Source of the DNA: Acutalibacteraceae bacterium
GTDB lineage: Bacteria; Bacillota; Clostridia; Oscillospirales; Acutalibacteraceae
Direction of reading: 5' to 3'
Length of the DNA stretch: 42,623 nucleotides
Assembly: GCA_045656845.1 (NCBI GenBank)
Contig: JAZORX010000072.1
Span: 1-42,623 of the forward strand
Each line of letters starts with the position of its first letter. Positions within the stretch are counted from its first letter, which is position 1. Shown in pieces: positions 37,969-42,623 of the stretch. The notes below the pieces were generated by a model, which was given only the letters and a program-made list of their open reading frames with translations, had not been told where the DNA came from and searched no databases. Made by a program: the position numbers and the translations under genes.

Positions 37969-39613
37969 TAGCTTCAGCCTCCCTGAGCTTTTTCTGCTCG
38001 ATTAAAATGAGATAATTGCCATCTTCATCTGTGTTAAGGAAATGCTCTTCGTTGTCGCTGTTACCCTGACCGAGCCAGGTCTTTTCAAATTTCTGACCGG
38101 ATATGATTTCACAGCGTTTTTTCTGCTCATCGGTAAGCGTAACGCTGCCGTATTTATGCTTTGTAGCGATTGCAGCACGGATCATTGTGTGGTCGTCCTT
38201 TGTCATACGGAATCTCTTGAGAAGAACAAGAGAAATGATTGCTGCAACAATCGGTATAACTGCGACGCAGATTCTGACGCCCCATATTGCACTGTCGCTC
38301 TGCTCAAAAAGAGAACCCGTTGTTTTCTCGTACTCTGAAACGGTGTCTCCCGTTATCAGACCGAAGCCCTGAAGAGTGAAGCCTACCATAGCGGCCATAA
38401 CTCCACTGATGCTTTTTTTGATAAGTGTGCTGAAGGTTGCGATTACGCCCTCTCTTCTTCTGCCGGTAATAAGCTCGTCAATGTCGGTAAGGTCGGGGAA
38501 AATATTGGTTGAAACAAAACCGAGACCTGACATGCCGAAAGGATAGAGAAGCATGCTAAGCATCATCAGTGCACTCCAGAAGAATGAGCCTCCCGATTGC
38601 ATCACAAGACCGATTGCAAGGCCTGCCACCATAAGAGGGGTGACGATATTGCCACATTTTTTCTTGCCGTGTTTCATTGTCAGCGCATAGTTGAGTGGAA
38701 AGGCAGCAGCCTCAGCAACACCTGCAACAGCGTTGAAAACGGCATAACCACTGTACTGGTTGGCAAGATATTTTATATAATAAACCTTTGAGTTAGCATA
38801 AAATCCCGTTGCAAACTGATAAGCAAGGCTCATAAAGAAATACTGCCTGAAGGACTTGTTTTTAAAGACAAGTACATATTCGTGAATGATATATTTTATA
38901 TCGAGCTTTTCATTTTTGTTGTTAAGTGAACTCGGTTCTCTTGTTTTAAGATATGTAAGAAAAACGGCAAATCCGAAGAAGACCGAAAGCACGATACCGA
39001 TAAAAAGAAACGGTGTCTTTGACTCGGAGGTAAGATCGTCGTTTGATCCGAAAATCGCAAGAATGGCAACAACAATTCCGAAAGCCGGCACCATACCTGC
39101 AGAGTTGAAAAGATAACCTACAGAATTGTATTGAGTGCGCAGATTGTATTCGGGCGCAAGCTCAGGGAGCATAGCTGTATGAGGCACACCGATAACCGTA
39201 TACGCTGTTTTATAAAGCATATATACAATTATGAAGTATGTCATTGTGAGATATGGCGAGGTTTTGCCGTTGAGACCGAATGAATTCCACATCAGTGTGT
39301 AAGAGAGCATCATCAGCGGAATACCCCAGAGAAGATACCGGCGATGTTTACCGGTTCTGGAGCGTGTACGGTCTGTTATAATACCCATAACAGGGTCTGT
39401 TATCGCATCCCAGACGGTTGCGATCATAACGACAATACCTGCCTGATTGAGCGAAAGGTTGACGACATCAGTAAGGAAAACAGTAAAGTACATACTGATA
39501 ATGTAACCTGCGCCACCCATATACATGTTTGCATAGCTGTAGTTGATCATGGGCAGAATGGTAGTTTTGAAATCGCCCTGAACACCTACTAGTTTTTTTA
39601 GCTTTTCTCCCAC
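37961..39613 (-). CDS. GPH-family (MelB/GusB-like) glycoside:cation symporter with C-terminal extension of about 90 aa
   Basis: GPH signature WDAITDPVMGIITDRTRSRTGKHRRY and about 12 TM helices. GTG start after GGGAGTGA. Confidence 0.85.
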   Translation of the reverse strand: MGEKLKKLVGVQGDFKTTILPMINYSYANMYMGGAGYIISMYFTVFLTDVVNLSLNQAGIVVMIATVWDAITDPVMGIITDRTRSRTGKHRRYLLWGIPLMMLSYTLMWNSFGLNGKTSPYLTMTYFIIVYMLYKTAYTVIGVPHTAMLPELAPEYNLRTQYNSVGYLFNSAGMVPAFGIVVAILAIFGSNDDLTSESKTPFLFIGIVLSVFFGFAVFLTYLKTREPSSLNNKNEKLDIKYIIHEYVLVFKNKSFRQYFFMSLAYQFATGFYANSKVYYIKYLANQYSGYAVFNAVAGVAEAAAFPLNYALTMKHGKKKCGNIVTPLMVAGLAIGLVMQSGGSFFWSALMMLSMLLYPFGMSGLGFVSTNIFPDLTDIDELITGRRREGVIATFSTLIKKSISGVMAAMVGFTLQGFGLITGDTVSEYEKTTGSLFEQSDSAIWGVRICVAVIPIVAAIISLVLLKRFRMTKDDHTMIRAAIATKHKYGSVTLTDEQKKRCEIISGQKFEKTWLGQGNSDNEEHFLNTDEDGNYLILIEQKKLREAEANG

Positions 39614-39646
39614 AGTATCACTCCCGGGAATATGTTTTTTAAAATA

Positions 39647-41737
39647 TTACATCAGGATATAGCTTTCGTCTGCCTGAGTTTCGAAAGAAATAATATCTCC
39701 GTTTCGTGTGAATGAAGTTTCCTTGCCGTCAGACTCTCTTGTTATTTTTTCAAAAGTACCTTCAACATTGCAAAGTCTTCCCTTGAGGCTCTTGATTCTG
39801 ACAGAAGAAATCTTTTTGTTTTCAAGCTTTGCAGAAACGAGGAAAGCACCGTCTGCACGAAGGTTTTCAAAGGATGCAGATGATTTTTTATCCCAGCAGG
39901 GGAAAAGACGGATAACGCCTTCATATCCCTGAAGAAGCATTTCGTTGATGGTTGCAGGGATTGTTGTAAGATGCTCAATGCCACCACCGTGGTGACGGAA
40001 AAGCCTGTTCGGAAGTCCGAACTCTTTTATGTTCTGATGAATGCCCTCTATGATGAATTGCGGATCAACACCGATTCGTGCACCTGCAGGAAGGTAAGAG
40101 TTTGAACCGTTATCATCAAGGCGTCTGTCGTTAATGAAATATGTATTTTTTGCAATTTTAAGAAGCTTTTCGCCTGGACAGAAACCGATCTGTGAAGCAG
40201 GGTAGATGTGCTGAAGACCGACGGTGTTTTCATCTCTCCAGCGTATACCTCTCTTAGAGTAACGGAAGCACTTTTTACCCTTTTTGATAAAGGTCGGAAA
40301 ATCGCTTAAGTTTTCGTTAATATCTTCCCATAAAGCATATTTTTCTTTGTTAAGACCAAGCTCTTTGGCCATATCGTAAATGCCATCGAAAAGCATTTTG
40401 ACAAGACCGAGTGAGTTGATAGCGTTTACTGTTCCGACCTGACCGCAATGAGTGATGTATCTGAATTTTTTTCCGCGATAATACGGGATTTCGTGAGCAG
40501 CATCTTTTTTGATAACATATCTGCCTTTTTCTTTAACAAGATAGTCTTCCCAGAAAGCTGCTGTGTTTAAAACAAAATCATAGTAATTTTCAAGAGCATA
40601 GTCTTTATCATAAGTCGCAAACCAGTGCATAAGCGGAATTACGCAAGCATAGGCTGCGTGACTCTTCTGACCGAGGAAAAGAACACCGTGCTCCTTGCAG
40701 TCTGCCTGAGAATAAACATCAAGAGCCTTCGGGCCGAAGCTTACGGGGAAGGCATAGCCTTTGCAACCAAAAAATCCTGCAAACTTTGCAGCCTCTTCTT
40801 TCATATCGTTGACGGGTGCCATATAACCGTCAAAAAGCTCGGGATGGTTGGATGCAAAAATGCAGTAATAGGGAGCTTCGTAGTTGTAATTCATATGATA
40901 ATCTCCTGCCCAGGGGAAAAAGTCATCAGTTATGAAATTTCCGAAAAGACCGGGAGGGAATTTCTTGTTGCCCATACAGCCTGCAAGATGATAGAGACTT
41001 GAATTGTAAAATTTTTCAATTTCCTTGTCTTCAAGAGTTACCTTTGAAGCAGAGAAAAAGTTCTGCCATTTTTTCAGAGTTTTTTCTTTGTCAAGGTCAT
41101 AGTTGCAGCCATTGACCATTGAAACAGCCTTGTCGGCATAGTTAGTATCATCAAAATTTGTAACTACAGAGATGCAGAAGCTTACACATCTGAAATTATC
41201 TGAAACTGTCTCTTCAATTTCACGAAGGCAGACAGCAACACCCGTTTCAATAGCAAGGTTATCTCCTTCAAATTTACGGGTCAAGCACTTAACACCATTG
41301 AAGGTTGACTCTGAATTGACTGAATCGCAGGTGTCCGGCATTTCAATATCGGGAGAAGAAAAAGTATCTGCCACGGGAGTTTTGACCTTGAAATAAATAA
41401 TGTTTTCGGGAGCGACGAAAAATTCCATTTCCGTTTTGCCGAACTTACATTCAAGCAGACCTTTGTCAAAATACTGCTTGATGTTGTAATCGTTCAGGTC
41501 AATATTTTTTATGCGGATATTGCCGACGGTTTTAATTCCTCCGTCGTTGTGCGCACCGGGCTTGAATTTCCAGAAATCGCACTTTGAGATGTAGATGATA
41601 AGGTCTGTTTCGTCGTTATCAAAAACAACACCGAGATCGCCGTTGCCACACATTGCACCGGCAGGGATTTTGTAGAGAACCTTTTCTTCGTTGGTGTTGA
41701 TTGGTTTAGATTTTATTTCATTAAAATAAGTATTCAT
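39647..41737 (-). CDS. GH95-like (six-hairpin) glycoside hydrolase; family and specificity uncertain
   Basis: N-terminal GNGDLG motif and C-terminal IRLFPCWDKKSSASFENLRADGAFLVSAKL resemble the GH95 N- and C-terminal signatures (recalled). ATG at 41737 follows GGTGG. Confidence 0.65.
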   Translation of the reverse strand: MNTYFNEIKSKPINTNEEKVLYKIPAGAMCGNGDLGVVFDNDETDLIIYISKCDFWKFKPGAHNDGGIKTVGNIRIKNIDLNDYNIKQYFDKGLLECKFGKTEMEFFVAPENIIYFKVKTPVADTFSSPDIEMPDTCDSVNSESTFNGVKCLTRKFEGDNLAIETGVAVCLREIEETVSDNFRCVSFCISVVTNFDDTNYADKAVSMVNGCNYDLDKEKTLKKWQNFFSASKVTLEDKEIEKFYNSSLYHLAGCMGNKKFPPGLFGNFITDDFFPWAGDYHMNYNYEAPYYCIFASNHPELFDGYMAPVNDMKEEAAKFAGFFGCKGYAFPVSFGPKALDVYSQADCKEHGVLFLGQKSHAAYACVIPLMHWFATYDKDYALENYYDFVLNTAAFWEDYLVKEKGRYVIKKDAAHEIPYYRGKKFRYITHCGQVGTVNAINSLGLVKMLFDGIYDMAKELGLNKEKYALWEDINENLSDFPTFIKKGKKCFRYSKRGIRWRDENTVGLQHIYPASQIGFCPGEKLLKIAKNTYFINDRRLDDNGSNSYLPAGARIGVDPQFIIEGIHQNIKEFGLPNRLFRHHGGGIEHLTTIPATINEMLLQGYEGVIRLFPCWDKKSSASFENLRADGAFLVSAKLENKKISSVRIKSLKGRLCNVEGTFEKITRESDGKETSFTRNGDIISFETQADESYILM

Positions 41738-41778
41738 CAATTACCACCAGGACTTGCTGAAATTTTAGTTGATAACAC

Positions 41779-41807
41779 ATTTTAGCATAAAGAAAACCCA
41801 TTATCAA
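41779..41807 (-). promoter_or_regulatory. Sigma-A-type promoter of the GH95-like/transporter operon
   Basis: The - strand reads TTGATA-17 nt-TAAAAT. Confidence 0.5.
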
Positions 41808-41849
41808 GACTGTAGTTTAAGTGAAAAAACAAGCTTTTTGAATGTGATG

Positions 41850-41878
41850 TTGACATCGTGGCAAAAACATCGTAAAAT
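41850..41878 (+). promoter_or_regulatory. Sigma-A-type promoter of gldA
   Basis: TTGACA-17 nt-TAAAAT, about 30 nt upstream of the ATG. Confidence 0.55.
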
Positions 41879-41908
41879 TAAATAAAAATGTCAAAGGAGA
41901 AATATACG

Positions 41909-42623
41909 ATGGCAAAAATTCTTATCAGCCCCGGCAAATATGTTCAGGGCGCAGGCGAAATGAAAAAACTCTATGATTATGCAAAGGGTTACGGCAAGAA
42001 GGCTCTTGTTCTTATCACCGCATCAGGTTATAAGAGAATCGGCGCAACCGTTGAAAGCAGCTTTGCAGGTCAGGATTTCGAGCTTGTTTTTGATTATTTC
42101 AATGGCGAATGCTCAAAAAATGAAATCAACAGACTTATCAAAATCATGGAAGAAAAAGGTTGCGACCTTGTTATAGGTATCGGTGGCGGTAAGATTCTTG
42201 ATACTTCGAAGGCAGTTGCATATTATTGCAAAACTCCCGTGCTCATCTGCCCGACGATTGCTTCAACCGACGCACCCTGCAGCGCTCTCTCCGTTATTTA
42301 TACAGATGACGGTGTTTTTGAAGAATATCTTTTCCTTCCTGCAAACCCGAATATGGTTCTTATGGATACAGATATCATCGCAGCTTCTCCTGCAAGACTT
42401 ACAGTATCAGGTATGGGTGATGCTCTTGCAACATACTTTGAGGCAAGAGCTGTTATGGCAAAGGATGCCGGCACTTGTGCAGGCGGTAAGGTAACCTGCG
42501 CAGCTATGGCTCTTGCAAAGCTCTGCTTTGACACTCTTATGGCAGAGGGCGTAAAGGCTAAGATCGCTCTTGAAGCAGGTGCTTGCACCGAGGCTGTTGA
42601 AAAGGTTATCGAAGCAAACACAC
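41909..42623 (+). CDS. gldA: Glycerol dehydrogenase (iron-containing ADH family), 5' part; runs off the window
   Basis: MAKILISPGKYVQGAGEMKKL..., GIGGGKILDTSKAVA, PTIASTDAPCSALSV. AAAGGAGA RBS. It is absent from the ORF track because no stop codon lies within the window. Confidence 0.9.
   Translation, partial: MAKILISPGKYVQGAGEMKKLYDYAKGYGKKALVLITASGYKRIGATVESSFAGQDFELVFDYFNGECSKNEINRLIKIMEEKGCDLVIGIGGGKILDTSKAVAYYCKTPVLICPTIASTDAPCSALSVIYTDDGVFEEYLFLPANPNMVLMDTDIIAASPARLTVSGMGDALATYFEARAVMAKDAGTCAGGKVTCAAMALAKLCFDTLMAEGVKAKIALEAGACTEAVEKVIEANT

Noticed and set aside
41850-41863. cre (CcpA) site at the gldA promoter (tgacatcgtggcaa)
   Set aside because: It has three mismatches to the WTGNAANCGNWNNCW-type consensus at conserved positions, so it is not convincing.

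Overview
Chromosomal segment from a low-to-moderate GC Firmicute. The gene content, codon style and a dockerin-bearing secreted protein suggest a Clostridia / Ruminococcaceae-like gut or rumen anaerobe. Positions 1-17.3 kb are a + strand housekeeping block: rpmI(3' end)-rplT, a TrmH-family methyltransferase, dprA-topA-trmFO, rnc, a radical SAM gene, smc, a GH127-like glycosidase, gltX-glnS and a membrane protein. Positions 17.4-20.8 kb hold rubrerythrin, a group I biotin ligase, a PRK06851-like protein with eroded P-loops and an N-terminal-dockerin protein. Positions 20.8-27.5 kb are a complete nine-gene F1Fo ATP synthase operon on the - strand (atpI-B-E-F-H-A-G-D-C). Positions 27.6-42.6 kb look accessory. 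Most of these units have their own sigma-A-like promoter and/or intrinsic terminator: sugar-phosphate isomerase, a four-zinc-ribbon protein, DUF2804, a secreted lipase, GNAT, a translationally coupled Zn-ribbon membrane protein plus 920-aa vWA protein pair, DAHP synthase, a GH95-like/GPH transporter/HExxH-membrane-protein operon, and the 5' part of gldA. I found no rRNA, tRNA, CRISPR, IS/transposase, integrase, toxin-antitoxin or recognisable defence genes, and no transcription-factor gene. The most interesting signal is non-coding. Upstream of the DAHP synthase gene there is a near-consensus promoter, then a 23-codon ORF with a strong RBS encoding MFNKNFYFYYFIKGRSSSSFFGA (9 Phe/Tyr), then an alternative helix that competes with a strong intrinsic terminator. 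This is a candidate ribosome-mediated Phe/Tyr attenuator. The second notable signal is an ATP synthase c subunit with a complete Na+-binding signature of the two-carboxylate type, paired with an epsilon subunit that lacks its C-terminal regulatory helices. All family assignments rest on motifs read by eye and recalled family signatures; no searches were run.
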